A stretch of 56,734 nucleotides of DNA from Alphaproteobacteria bacterium (GTDB lineage: Bacteria; Pseudomonadota; Alphaproteobacteria; UBA828), in contig CAXXVO010000016.1 in the NCBI GenBank assembly GCA_963422645.2, positions 1-56,734 on the forward strand, written 5' to 3'. The notes under the pieces are model-generated. The model ran no database searches, was not told the origin of the DNA, and saw nothing but the letters and a program-made list of their open reading frames with translations. Every line of letters starts with the position of its first letter. Position 1 is the stretch's first letter. This document shows positions 1 to 9,974 of the stretch, piece after piece. Both the position numbers and the translations under genes were made by a program.

Positions 1-907
1 CCGCGGATTGCTCAGGCATCCTCCTGTCGTGTCGCTGGAACCTTGAGCGCATCGCGAGAATTGCACCTGCACTCGCCGCTCCGTTGGCGCCACTGCCGGT
101 CTCACCATTCAAGTAAGTGCCGACCCTCGGCTACGCTTCACCTTCGTGCGGACACGCTGTAGTGAGAAAGGGCCCAGCTGTGAGTGTGGTGGAGGCCGGA
201 TGTCCAGGGAAAGAAACCAGCGACACAATCCATAGCTGTCTTCATGCCTCCGTGTCTTCCGTTTGTGCTTGCCGGCGAGCTCGTCGCCTCACCGGCCCTG
301 GGGCACACCGCGCACGTGGCCACACGGGGAGCGGGCACGACCGTGGTGGGCGAGGGACGTCTGCACGACGGCAGGGAGCGACGTCCGGGCTCTGTGCCCT
401 CAGCCTTCAAAGGTGGAATCCCATGGGTATCACGCGAATTCAACCTCCAGGGCGTTCAAGACGGCTCGTGACCTGATTGGCGTTTGAGCAGCGCTGGACG
501 GCAAAGAGACGCTGCCGTGCGCGGCCCAAGTCTGCAAGCGCGGCTCAGCTCCGGCTGGAGCAAATTGTGAAGCTGCAAGAACAGGTTATGGCACTCAAGG
601 TGCTGAATCGGGTTGAGTGTCTGGAGGATCAAGACTGAGTCCGGCGCGATTCACGCAGACCTGACCCTCAGATGGAACATCAGTTTGTTCATCTTCACGT
701 CGATTATGGGCTCGGCCAACAGGACACTCGGAGTAGCGTCGAAGATGATGAATTTGGCGGATAGAATTTCGGGTGTGCCTTCAGAAGTCTAATTACTTCC
801 TGTATAACATATAGTTAGAGATTAGTGTGCTCTGCGAGTCTCCGTTACAAATTGGCTTGTCAACAGCCCCGGCTTACCGATGAGTCGGACGGCAACCTGG
901 ACAGGCA

Positions 908-936
908 TTGACGAGACAGACGGTATAGACCAATAT
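908..936 (+). promoter_or_regulatory. Putative sigma70 promoter of the RES-Xre operon
   Basis: TTGACG (908-913), 17-nt spacer, CAATAT (931-936); GGAGG RBS at 959-963 before ATG 970. Confidence 0.5.
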
Positions 937-969
937 CGGAGTGAGGCGTCATTGCCCTGGAGGACTGCC

Positions 970-1569
970 ATGGCCCCGGTCGGCGAAGAGATGGTACGCG
1001 AGCTGGAGGGCGTGCTGCATGAGGCGGCGGGCCGGCTGAGCCCGGCGCATGTGGCGGCGCTGGTCGCCCATCCCGATGCCGTGCGCTCGGCGCTGGCGGT
1101 GGCGGCCGACGTGCTGGCGACGGACGACGAGGCGCGGTCCCGGACCGAAACCATTGCGGGCGCCGAGCCTGTCCTCGTAGACGCCGACGCGGCAGCCGGG
1201 CGGATGGCGGAGCGTGTCCGCGAGGGCGCGCCCGAGACGCTGCTGACCTCGGACGAGCTGGCGGAGCGGGTCGGGCTCAAGACCCGCCAGTCGGTGCATG
1301 ACTGGCTGAAGAAGGGCCGGATCGTGGGCTGGCGGGGCGCCAGACGCGGCCATGTGTTCCCGGCGGCGCAGCTCGACGAACGGGGCCGGCCGCTCGACGG
1401 TCTCGACCGCGTGGCGGGGCTGTTCGACGACGGCTATGCCGCCTGGGTCTGGCTCACGACGGAACTGTCCTCGCTCGACGGGGCGACGCCGCTGACGCTG
1501 CTGGCCGGAGGGGAAATCGACCGCGTGGCGAAGGCCGCGGAGGGAGATTGCCAGGGCGATTTTGCGTGA
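970..1569 (+). CDS. Xre/MbcA/ParS-type antitoxin (HTH plus C-terminal toxin-binding domain)
   Basis: HTH 'LTSDELAERVGLKTRQSVHDWLKKG'; C-terminal 'AWVWLTT..LDGATPLTLL' typical of MbcA/ParS; GTGA overlap with the RES gene. Confidence 0.8.
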   Translation: MAPVGEEMVRELEGVLHEAAGRLSPAHVAALVAHPDAVRSALAVAADVLATDDEARSRTETIAGAEPVLVDADAAAGRMAERVREGAPETLLTSDELAERVGLKTRQSVHDWLKKGRIVGWRGARRGHVFPAAQLDERGRPLDGLDRVAGLFDDGYAAWVWLTTELSSLDGATPLTLLAGGEIDRVAKAAEGDCQGDFA

Positions 1570-2159
1570 CCGTCGGCTACGATCCCGACCGCTTGCGCTC
1601 GCGGCTCAGCGCCATCCGCCTCGGGCGCATCTTCCGCGTGATCCATCGCGACCGCCGCTCGACGCCATTGGGCGCGGCGCCCGCGCCGAGCCGGTTCAGC
1701 GACCCGCGGGAACGCTATGCGGTGCTGTATGCGTCGGATGCGGTGCGTTGCGCGTTTTGGGAGACCCTGGGCCGAAACCGCTTCGCGCGCCGGCGCCGAC
1801 GAGAACTGCCGCGGGCCGAGGTCGAGGCCCGGCTGGTGGTATCGATATCCTCGACCGAAGCGCTCTCCCTGGTCGACCTGCGCGGCGACGGGCCGGTGCG
1901 CATCGGCGCGCCGAGCGCGGTTGCGCACGACGCCAACCACGCGGCGGGCCGCGCCCTGTCGGCGGCCGTCCACGCCGGCGTGCCGGAGGCGGACGGATTT
2001 GCGTACCCGTCGCGCTTCACGGGCGATAGCTGCGTGGCCGTGTTCGACCGGTCGTTCGGCAAGTTGAAGCTGCTCCGCACCGACGAGCTTGTCCGTCATG
2101 CGGCGTTTCTGGACGCGCTCGACGACTACGGTATCGTGCTCACGGAACCGCCGGAATAG
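1566..2159 (+). CDS. RES-domain toxin (NAD+ phosphorylase/ART-like)
   Basis: R (IFRV), E (AFWET) and S (YPSR) motifs, plus 'SRFSDP..YAVLY'; GTG start overlaps the antitoxin stop. Confidence 0.85.
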   Translation: MTVGYDPDRLRSRLSAIRLGRIFRVIHRDRRSTPLGAAPAPSRFSDPRERYAVLYASDAVRCAFWETLGRNRFARRRRRELPRAEVEARLVVSISSTEALSLVDLRGDGPVRIGAPSAVAHDANHAAGRALSAAVHAGVPEADGFAYPSRFTGDSCVAVFDRSFGKLKLLRTDELVRHAAFLDALDDYGIVLTEPPE

Positions 2160-2454
2160 CGGGGACCGGAGCGAAGTCGGCGATGGTGTCGGTGACGGCC
2201 TGAAAGCGCGCGTTGTCCGGGAATTTGGCGCCCGGTAACTGAGCGGCCCCGCTGTCAATCGGCTTTCAATACTGACCCCCGATCGGCGTGCAAAATTGAC
2301 CCCCCTGAGTGGCACGGCGGAGGTTGTCCCGGTAGCCAATAGGGGGGACCCGCGCGGCTTCGTGTGGCGCCCTGCGCTACGCGGAGCGAAGCCGCGTGGG
2401 GGGTCCCTGTTGGCCCACCGGGGCAACCGGGCCGCAAGGGAGGCCGGCGGCGGG

Positions 2455-3183
2455 TCAGGAGCGGTTCTTGAAGCGCCAGCTCTCGTTGCCGGTCTCGATG
2501 ATCTCGCAATGATGGGTGAGGCGATCGAGCAGCGCTGTGGTCATCTTGGGGTCGCCGAAGACGGATGGCCATTCGCCGAAGGCGAGGTTTGTGGTGATGA
2601 CGATCGAGGTGCGCTCGTAGAGCCGGCTCATCAGATGGAAGAGCAGCTGCCCACCGGCCTGGGCGAAGGGCAGGTAGCCGAGCTCGTCGAGGATGACGAA
2701 GTCGCGGCGGACGAGCTGGTCTGCAGTGCGGCCCTGGCGTCCGGCGCGAAGCTCGGCCTCGAGGAGGTTGACCAGGTCGACGACGTTGTAGCACCGGCCG
2801 CGCGCGCCCTTGCGGATGCAGGACCGCGCGATGGCGACGGCGAGATGGGTCTTGCCGGTACCGGTGCCGCCGACCAGCACGATGTTGCGTTTGCCCTCGA
2901 GGAAGCCGCCGCCGGCGAGCTCCTGGATCAGGGGCTCGTTGACCGGCGAGGCGGCGAAGTCGAAGTCGGCCAGCTCCTTGACCGTCGGCAGCTTGGCGGA
3001 GGCCATCTGGTACTTGATCGAGCGGGCCCTCTTGTCGGCGATCTCGACCTGCAGCAGCGTACCGATGATCTGTTGCACCGGATGGCGGCGCTTGAGCCCG
3101 TCGGCAAGGATGTCGTCGTAAGCGGCGCGCATACCTGCGAGCTTCAGCTGGGTCATCATCTCCAGCACATCATGACGCTCCAT
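2455..3183 (-). CDS. istB: IS21 helper ATPase IstB
   Basis: Walker A GGTGTGKT, 'ILDELGY', 'LLDRLTHH'. Confidence 0.95.
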   Translation of the reverse strand: MERHDVLEMMTQLKLAGMRAAYDDILADGLKRRHPVQQIIGTLLQVEIADKRARSIKYQMASAKLPTVKELADFDFAASPVNEPLIQELAGGGFLEGKRNIVLVGGTGTGKTHLAVAIARSCIRKGARGRCYNVVDLVNLLEAELRAGRQGRTADQLVRRDFVILDELGYLPFAQAGGQLLFHLMSRLYERTSIVITTNLAFGEWPSVFGDPKMTTALLDRLTHHCEIIETGNESWRFKNRS

Positions 3184-4696
3184 GACCGGCCTCCCTCAGG
3201 CTGTCGTAGCGCTGACAGTCGGCTACCGGCTTGTGGCGAAGCTGCAGGCCCTCGGGCGTCGGGATGATTGCCGGCGGTGCCGGCTGGCGCTGCCGGGCGA
3301 GGATGTTGAGCACCACGTCGGCGCTGCAGGCACCGCAGTCGAGCGTCTCGGCACAGGCCGCCTCAACCGCCTCCAGTCCGTCCTCCAGCACCGCCGCGAG
3401 CACCTTGACGAACTGCCGGTCGCCGTCGTCGTGGCCCGCGAGCCGGGTTCGCAGGCGGCCGAGCGCGTTGGGCAACTGCCAGTCCTTGAAGGGCGCGCCA
3501 TTGCGTAGCGCGCCGGGCTTCCGCGTCAGGATCGGCACGTAATGCCACGGATCGTAGACGAACCGGCCGCGCCCGAAGCTGCGGGGGTGCTCGGCAACGG
3601 TCTCGCCGTCCTGGCGGATGACGATCCGATCGGCATAGGCCCGCACGTCCACCGGCCGGCCGACGGCGCGGGCCGCGACGCTGTACTGGTTGTTGTCGAA
3701 GCGCACCAGACAGGTCTTCGAGACCGACACCTCGCTGGCATGGAAGCCGTCGAAGGGGCCGCGATACGCCATCAGGAAGGGCTGCTCCTCCTCGAACACC
3801 TGCCACACCGTCTTGCCCGGGATTGTCGGATGCGGATGCTTCTTGGCGTCCTCGATGCACCGATCCATCAGCCACTCGTTGATCTCGGCGTAGGAGCGGC
3901 CCCGCGGGATGGGCACGAACAGGCGGCCGCGAAGGTCACCCACCTGCTTCTCGACCTGCCCCTTCTCCCAGCCAGCCCCTGGCGTGCACGCCACAGGCTC
4001 CACCAGATGGTGCGAGCACAGCTCCTGGAAGCGGCGGTTGTAGTCCCGCTTCTTGCCCACGAAGATCGTGCTCACCGCCGTCTTCATGTTGTCGTAGATG
4101 CCCCGCCGGCAGACCCCGCCGAAGAAGCGGAAGGCACGCTCGTGCGCCTCGAAGACCATCTCCTGGCTCTCGCGGGGAAAGATCTGGACCAGATACATCC
4201 GGCTGTGGCACAGCCGCATGTGCGCCGCCTTCACCCTGGTCGTCGCGCCCGACAGACGCGCGTACTCGTGGCTCCAGTCGAACTGGTAGGCCTCGCCGGG
4301 ATCGAAGATCAGCGGCACATAGGCCTGCGCCGGCGACAACAGCCGCCACCGGCGCCGCCAGGCCCTGGCATAGCGGCGAACCGCGTCATAGCCGCCCTTG
4401 TAGCCCAGCGACACAAGGTCTTCATGAATCCGCAGAAGAGACAGCCGATCCTTGCGTGCCTTCTTCTCGTTGGCCTTCAGCTGGCGCTCAAGCTCCTCCA
4501 CCCACAGCCCAAGCTTCGGCATCGGCTGGATCTTGCGCTCGTAGCTGTGCGAGGTCGCATCGCCCCGCACCACCTTGCGTATCGTGTTCTTGGAAACCCT
4601 CAAATCCCGGGCGAGCTTCTTGATCGGAACGCCCTTCACCAGATGATCCCGACGGATCTTCGCGATCGTTTCCACAACCAGCATCTCCCCCACCAC
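3170..4696 (-). CDS. istA: IS21 transposase IstA
   Basis: 'QFDWS', 'YDNMKTAV', 'GWEKGQVE' DDE motifs. Confidence 0.95.
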   Translation of the reverse strand: MVGEMLVVETIAKIRRDHLVKGVPIKKLARDLRVSKNTIRKVVRGDATSHSYERKIQPMPKLGLWVEELERQLKANEKKARKDRLSLLRIHEDLVSLGYKGGYDAVRRYARAWRRRWRLLSPAQAYVPLIFDPGEAYQFDWSHEYARLSGATTRVKAAHMRLCHSRMYLVQIFPRESQEMVFEAHERAFRFFGGVCRRGIYDNMKTAVSTIFVGKKRDYNRRFQELCSHHLVEPVACTPGAGWEKGQVEKQVGDLRGRLFVPIPRGRSYAEINEWLMDRCIEDAKKHPHPTIPGKTVWQVFEEEQPFLMAYRGPFDGFHASEVSVSKTCLVRFDNNQYSVAARAVGRPVDVRAYADRIVIRQDGETVAEHPRSFGRGRFVYDPWHYVPILTRKPGALRNGAPFKDWQLPNALGRLRTRLAGHDDGDRQFVKVLAAVLEDGLEAVEAACAETLDCGACSADVVLNILARQRQPAPPAIIPTPEGLQLRHKPVADCQRYDSLREAGHGAS

Positions 4697-4803
4697 CCCG
4701 TCCGTCCAAACGACGAGGTGTGTTCATGGACACAAATCCAAGGGGGTCAATTTTGGACGCCGATCACCCCCAATAGGGGGTCACTTTTCCACGCTTAACA
4801 ACA

Positions 4804-4848
4804 CAAAGACTTCCGGCCGCGATTCGCAAAGACTTCCGGCCGGCTACA
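4804..4848 (-). mobile_element. Orphan terminus of a second transposon (TGT end with two 16-bp subterminal repeats)
   Basis: CAAAGACTTCCGGCCG at 4804-4819 and 4827-4842, ending ...GCTACA at 4848 (5'-TGTAGCC on the minus strand). Confidence 0.55.
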
Positions 4849-5748
4849 AGCGCCGCCTCGATGTCGGTCTCCGGCCACAGCTCGCAGAGCCACGCGCCGG
4901 TGCGGGCGGGTCTCACCCGGCTTCCGTATCCCGATCCCTACCGGCCGCAGTTCACGCCCGATCTGGTCGAAGGCGCGCTCGCGGATCTCGACCGGCGCTT
5001 CGAGAGCGAGCTTCGGCCGGACGAGATCGCCGCCGTCTTCATCGAGCCGATCCAGTCGGACGGCGGCCTCATCGTGCCGCCCGCCGGCTTCCTCAAGGGG
5101 CTGGAGGAGCGTTGCCGCGCCCACGGAATCCTGATCGTGGTGGACGAGGTCAAGGTGGGCATGGGACGCACCAGCCTCTTCCATGCCTTCGAGGCCGAGG
5201 GCTTGAGCCCGGACATCGTGGTCTACGGCAAGGGCCTGGGCGGCGGGCTGCCGATCTCGGCCGTGGTCGGGCCGGCGGAGCTGATGAACCTTCAGCCCGC
5301 CTTCGCCATCATGACGGCCGCGGGCAATCCGGTTTGCGCCGCCGCCGGCCGCGCCGTCATGCGCACCATCGCGGAGGAGGACTTGATGTCCAGTGCCTCT
5401 CTCCAGGGCGAGCACCTGCTGGCGGGGCTGGCCCGGCTCGCCCAGCGCCATGCGCTGATCGGCCATGTGCGGGGGCGCGGTCTCACATGCGGCGTCGAGC
5501 TGGTGCGCGACCCGGTGAGCAAGGAGCCCGCGAGCAGCGAGACGGCGAAGGTCGCCTTCCGAGCCCACCAGCTAGGGCTGATCTTCTATTACGTCGGCAT
5601 GGAGTCCAACGTGCTCGAGCTCACCCCGCCGCTGACCATCTCCGAAGACGAGATCGACGAGGGGCTGGCAATCCTCGACCGGGCGCTGGAGGACGTAGCG
5701 GCGGGCCGAGTCTCGGACAAGGACATCGCCGCCTTCGCCGGGTGGTAG
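4849..5748 (+). pseudogene. 5'-truncated class III PLP aminotransferase (GABA/ornithine-AT-like)
   Basis: 'IEPIQSDGG', 'VDEVKVGMGRT', 'YGKGLGGG'; the frame begins mid-protein, where the YHG motif region is expected, right at the transposon end. Confidence 0.8.
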
Positions 5749-5774
5749 CGGCCCCGCGCGAGACGCGGGGCCGC
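5748..5774. terminator. GC-rich hairpin between convergent genes
   Basis: GCGGCCCCGCG-CGAGA-CGCGGGGCCGC, perfect 11-bp stem. Confidence 0.6.
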
Positions 5775-5784
5775 ACCTTGCGGA

Positions 5785-6828
5785 TCAACCGTAGCGGTAG
5801 GGCCTGCCTGCCCTCTCCATGTCCGCGTTGTACTGCTTGAAGATCTCCACCACCTTGGCCTTGGTCTCGGACTCGGCCGCGATCTCATCCCAGAAGATTC
5901 GCGCGGCGGCCTCGACCTGCGCCCATTCCTCATCCGGGATCGAGGTCAGCTCCATCTTCGTACCATGAACGCGGAGGCTCGCCTCACCGCCCCAGTACCA
6001 CCACTGGCGGTAGTAGTGGGACTGATCGCAGATGACCCGCAGCAGGGTCTGGAGGTCCTCGGGAATCTCGTTCCAGCGCTCCATGTTGGCGAAGAACGAG
6101 CCGATCCAGGCGCCCGAGATGTTGTTGGTGAGGAAGTAGTTGGTCACGTCGGCCCAACCGACCGTGTAGTCCTCGGTGATGCCGGACCAGGAAACGCCGT
6201 CGAGCTCGCCGGTCTGCACCGCGACCTCGATGTCTTCCCAGGGAAGCGTCACCGGGACCACTCCGAACTGGGTCAGGAAGCGGCCGGCGGTGGGGAAGGT
6301 GAAGACGCGCTTGCCCTCCAGGTCGGCGAGGGAGTGGATCGGGTCCTTGGTCGCGAAGTGGCAGGGGTCCCAGGCGCCCGCCGAGATATGCTTGATCCCG
6401 ACCTTCTCGTACTCCGCTGCCCAGATCTCGTTCAGACCGTACTGGTTGAAGAGCACGGGCACGTCGAGTGAGTAGCGCGAGGCGAAGGGGAAGTACCCGC
6501 CGAAGACAGTGACTTCAGTGGGCGACGCCATGGAATCGTCGTCGGACTGCACCGCATCGAGGGTGCCGCCCTGCATGGCGCGGAAGAGCTCGCCGGTCGG
6601 CACGATCTGATCGGAGAAGAAGAGCTCGATCTGCATGCGCTCGCCAGCGATCTTGTTGAACATCTCGATCGCGGGTTTCACCACATGCGCGGCCAGGGCA
6701 GGGCCGGCATAGGTCTGCATCCGCCAGGTGATCTGCGCCTGCGCAATCGCAGGCTTCACGATGGAAGCCGCTGCGGCCGCGATCGGGACCGTAGCGGCGG
6801 TTTTGAGAAGATTACGCCGTGTTGTCAT
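5785..6828 (-). CDS. dctP: TRAP transporter substrate-binding protein (Tat signal)
   Basis: 'MTTRRNLLK' twin-arginine signal, 'WRMQT', DctP-like body. Confidence 0.9.
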   Translation of the reverse strand: MTTRRNLLKTAATVPIAAAAASIVKPAIAQAQITWRMQTYAGPALAAHVVKPAIEMFNKIAGERMQIELFFSDQIVPTGELFRAMQGGTLDAVQSDDDSMASPTEVTVFGGYFPFASRYSLDVPVLFNQYGLNEIWAAEYEKVGIKHISAGAWDPCHFATKDPIHSLADLEGKRVFTFPTAGRFLTQFGVVPVTLPWEDIEVAVQTGELDGVSWSGITEDYTVGWADVTNYFLTNNISGAWIGSFFANMERWNEIPEDLQTLLRVICDQSHYYRQWWYWGGEASLRVHGTKMELTSIPDEEWAQVEAAARIFWDEIAAESETKAKVVEIFKQYNADMERAGRPYRYG

Positions 6829-6875
6829 GGTTCTCTCTCCTTCCGGGTTGATGTGACAATGAACCGAACTATGCG

Positions 6876-8201
6876 CTAGTTGCCGTAAACGTAAGCCGGA
6901 AACCACAGGGCGATTTCCGGGAAAATCATGATGATCGCGAGTGCAACGATCATCACGCCGACGAAGGGAATTATAGATCGGTAAATATCGCGCAAGGTGA
7001 CTTCGGGCGGGGCCATGGCCCGCATCAGGAACAGGTTGTAGCCGAAGGGCGGCGTCATGTACGCGATCTGCGTGGTGATGGTGTAGAGGATACCGTACCA
7101 GATCAGGTTGAACCCCAAGGCATCGACAAGGGGGACATAGAGGGGCGCCACGATGACCAGCATCGCCGTGTCGTCGAGGAAGGTTCCCATCACCAGGAAC
7201 GAGAGCTGCATGAGAATGAGGACCATCCAGGGCGAAAGCCCCATCTGCTCGGTGAACACGTCTTCGATCGCGTGCGCGGCGCCGAGCCCGTCGAACACCG
7301 AGCCGAAGGCCAGCGCCGCAAGGATGATCCACATGAACATGCACGAGATGCGGAGCGTGTTGCGCACCGAGTTCTCGAAGACCTGCCGGGTCATGCGGCG
7401 CCTGACGACGGCGGCGAGGAAGGCGGCGAGCGCGCCGATGGCGGACGATTCGACCAGCGAGGTCGATCCGGTGACGAAGGGCACGATCATCACCGCATAG
7501 ATGAACAGCGGCAGAAGGCCGGCGCGGAGGAGCTTGAGCTTCTCGGCGCGGGGCACGTCGCGCTCGGCCTTGGGGAGAACCGGGCCGAGGCTCGGGGTAA
7601 TCCAGCAGCGCAACAAGATGTAGAGGACGAAGAGACCCGCCATCATCAGCCCGGGGAAGATCCCCGCGAGCCAGAGCTGCCCTACGGGCTGGCGCGCAAT
7701 CATGGCGTAGAGCACCAGCACCACCGATGGCGGCACGAGGATGCCAAGCGAGCTTCCGGCTTGAATCACGCCGGTTACCATGCGCTTGTCGTAGTTGCGC
7801 TTGAGCAGCTCGGGCAGTGCGATGGTCGCTCCGATGGCCATGCCCGCGACGCTCAGCCCGTTCATCGCCGAGACCAGCACCATGAGCCCGATCGTGCCCA
7901 CGGCGAGGCCGCCGGCCATGCCGCCGGTCCAGACGTGGAACATGCGGTAGAGGTCGTCCGCGATCCTCGATTCCGAGAGGACGTAGCCCATGAAAATGAA
8001 CATCGGCAGCGTGAGCAGCGGATACCATTTCATGAGCTTCATGGCGGCGGCGAAGCCCAGGTCGTAGCCGCCGCGATCGCCCCAAAGCAGGAGCGCGGAC
8101 AAGACGGCGACGAAGCCGATGGCGGCGAAGACACGTTGGCCGGTCGCCAACATGAGCATCATCAGCGCGAACATCAGGATCGTGATGAGCTCGTAGGACA
8201 T
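6876..8201 (-). CDS. dctM: TRAP transporter large permease
   Basis: 'LGILVPPS', 'YMTPPFG', many TM segments. Confidence 0.92.
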   Translation of the reverse strand: MSYELITILMFALMMLMLATGQRVFAAIGFVAVLSALLLWGDRGGYDLGFAAAMKLMKWYPLLTLPMFIFMGYVLSESRIADDLYRMFHVWTGGMAGGLAVGTIGLMVLVSAMNGLSVAGMAIGATIALPELLKRNYDKRMVTGVIQAGSSLGILVPPSVVLVLYAMIARQPVGQLWLAGIFPGLMMAGLFVLYILLRCWITPSLGPVLPKAERDVPRAEKLKLLRAGLLPLFIYAVMIVPFVTGSTSLVESSAIGALAAFLAAVVRRRMTRQVFENSVRNTLRISCMFMWIILAALAFGSVFDGLGAAHAIEDVFTEQMGLSPWMVLILMQLSFLVMGTFLDDTAMLVIVAPLYVPLVDALGFNLIWYGILYTITTQIAYMTPPFGYNLFLMRAMAPPEVTLRDIYRSIIPFVGVMIVALAIIMIFPEIALWFPAYVYGN

Positions 8202-8710
8202 CAGAAGTCCTCGCGCCGAAGCCGCAAAATGTCCTTGAAGAACTCGGAAAACGCCTGAAAGATCATCAAGACGATGCCCGTTACCATGGTCACCTTGATC
8301 GGCCAGAGATAAGGTCGCCAGGCGCTGGGGCTTCGTTCACCCCCGTACCGGAAGCTGTAAATCGTGGAATCGATTCCACCCCAGAGAAGAACGGCGAGAT
8401 AGAAGAGAAGAAAAAATACCGTGAAGACGTCGAACCATGCCTTTCGACGAGCGGCCCAAGAGCCGTAAAACAGGTCCATCCGCACGTTTGCGTCCGTTTG
8501 AATCGCGTAGGGACCGCCCAGAATGTAATAGCCCACCATTGCGAATTGGGCCATTTCGAGGGTCCATAAGGAGGGGTTGAAAAACGTCTTCGAGAGCGAC
8601 GACCACAGCAGAATCGCCATGATCGCGAACATCCCATACATGACGATGCGCCCGACGCGGCGGTTGACCGTGTCGACCACGAGAATGTAGCCGCGCATCG
8701 CGCCGGTCAC
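8201..8710 (-). CDS. dctQ: TRAP transporter small permease
   Basis: 4 TM segments, 'WTLEMAQF', 'VRMDLFY'. Confidence 0.9.
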   Translation of the reverse strand: MTGAMRGYILVVDTVNRRVGRIVMYGMFAIMAILLWSSLSKTFFNPSLWTLEMAQFAMVGYYILGGPYAIQTDANVRMDLFYGSWAARRKAWFDVFTVFFLLFYLAVLLWGGIDSTIYSFRYGGERSPSAWRPYLWPIKVTMVTGIVLMIFQAFSEFFKDILRLRREDF

Positions 8711-8833
8711 GCCTGCAACCCCTGCGATGGGATCCTAAGGTTCTGGGGCAACGGCACGATGGCCCTCACAGGCTGCGACGCCGGTCGGGTCTAGAAAGTC
8801 TTGGCGGTCACGGGAACGGGGACATGCGGCCAC

Positions 8834-9829
8834 TCAGCGCGGGGCGCAGGCTCTGAGAGTGGTCTGGACCATCTCCTTGGCGTTGGGGCCGGCGGCCATC
8901 GGTGCGACCATCGGCAGGTCGATGCCGGAGGCGCGATAGGCCTCGATCCGCTCACGGCAGTGCGCGGGCGTGCCGGCAATGCAGACCGCGTCGATGTGCG
9001 CGTCGCTCACCGCTCGGGTCGCTGCCTCACGCTCACCGCGCCCCCATAGCTCGGCAATCTTCGTGGCTTCCTCGCTGAAGCCCTGGTCCTGTGCCATCCG
9101 GTTGTAGCGGGGGAAGAAGCCCGTATACATGGCGACGCCGGGCCTCAGCGCGTCGTATGCGTCTGCCGGATCGTCGGCGGCGGCGGTCGGGATCAGTGAA
9201 GTGATGTCGACCGCGCCGGGGTCTCGCCCCGCTGCTTCGGCACCGGCGGCAATGTGCCCGCGCGCCTCGGCTCCCACGCCGAGCGTGGTGCGGGTCAGAA
9301 TCAAACCGTCGGCCTCCTCTCCGCAGACCCCCATCATCTTGGGGAAGACAGCCGAGTAGTAGATGGGGAGGTTGGGCCGGAAGGGCTGGAACCAGAGCTC
9401 GTAGTTCTCGATGGTGACGGTTTCGCCATGGTAGGACACTTGGCCGTCCCTGAGCAGGCGGCGCACGACCTCGGCGGTCTCCCGCACGCGCGTCACCGGC
9501 TTGCCGTAGGTGAGGCCGTGCTCGGGCTCGACCTGGACCTTGTGGCTGGAGCCGAGGCCGAGAATGAAGCGCCCTTCCGAAATCTGATCGACCACCGCCG
9601 CCGCCATCGCGAGGGTGGGTGCAGAGCGTACGAAGACGCTCGAGATGCAGGTGCCGAGCTTGACCCTGCTGGTCTGCGCCGCGACCGCAGAGAGCACCGC
9701 GAATTGGTCGCCGCCGTGCCCTTCCGCCATCCAGACCGAGTCGTAGCCGAGCGATTCGGCGAGCTGTGCACAGTCGACGATTTCGGACGCACTCAGCCCG
9801 TGCGAGAACGCGACGCCCACTCTGCTCAT
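8834..9829 (-). CDS. Luciferase-like (LLM class) flavin/F420-dependent oxidoreductase
   Basis: 'AESLGYDSVWMAE', 'SEGRFILGLG'. Confidence 0.88.
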   Translation of the reverse strand: MSRVGVAFSHGLSASEIVDCAQLAESLGYDSVWMAEGHGGDQFAVLSAVAAQTSRVKLGTCISSVFVRSAPTLAMAAAVVDQISEGRFILGLGSSHKVQVEPEHGLTYGKPVTRVRETAEVVRRLLRDGQVSYHGETVTIENYELWFQPFRPNLPIYYSAVFPKMMGVCGEEADGLILTRTTLGVGAEARGHIAAGAEAAGRDPGAVDITSLIPTAAADDPADAYDALRPGVAMYTGFFPRYNRMAQDQGFSEEATKIAELWGRGEREAATRAVSDAHIDAVCIAGTPAHCRERIEAYRASGIDLPMVAPMAAGPNAKEMVQTTLRACAPR

Positions 9830-9974
9830 GCCCTTGTCTCCCCGGCTATTCGGTTGCCTCATGCCCTTGCTGATCGTACAGAGGGCGAAGGGCGAATCCA
9901 AACCTGCCTCCGCGCGCCTGCCGGTCCGTTGGGCGAGGCGCCGGGGAGTGCGGGTGCGCGGGGAGGGCAGTGAT

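Larger units (their letters stand above)
2253..4803 (-). mobile_element. IS21-family insertion sequence
   Basis: TGT termini with imperfect IRs and repeated AAAxTGACCCCC subterminal motifs; contains istA-istB; no target duplication seen. Confidence 0.9.

Noticed and set aside
1-880. Short ORFs (117-476, 184-471, 138-443)
   Set aside because: No recognisable motifs, atypical codon usage, mutually overlapping; left unannotated
4804-4842. Direct repeats (also 23939-23986) as a mini-CRISPR
   Set aside because: Units are 16 bp with 0-7 bp spacers; no cas genes or array anywhere in the window
5785-8085. 766-aa ORF suggesting a fused TRAP protein
   Set aside because: The upstream part is an alternative frame of dctM; the real DctP starts at 6828 with a Tat signal
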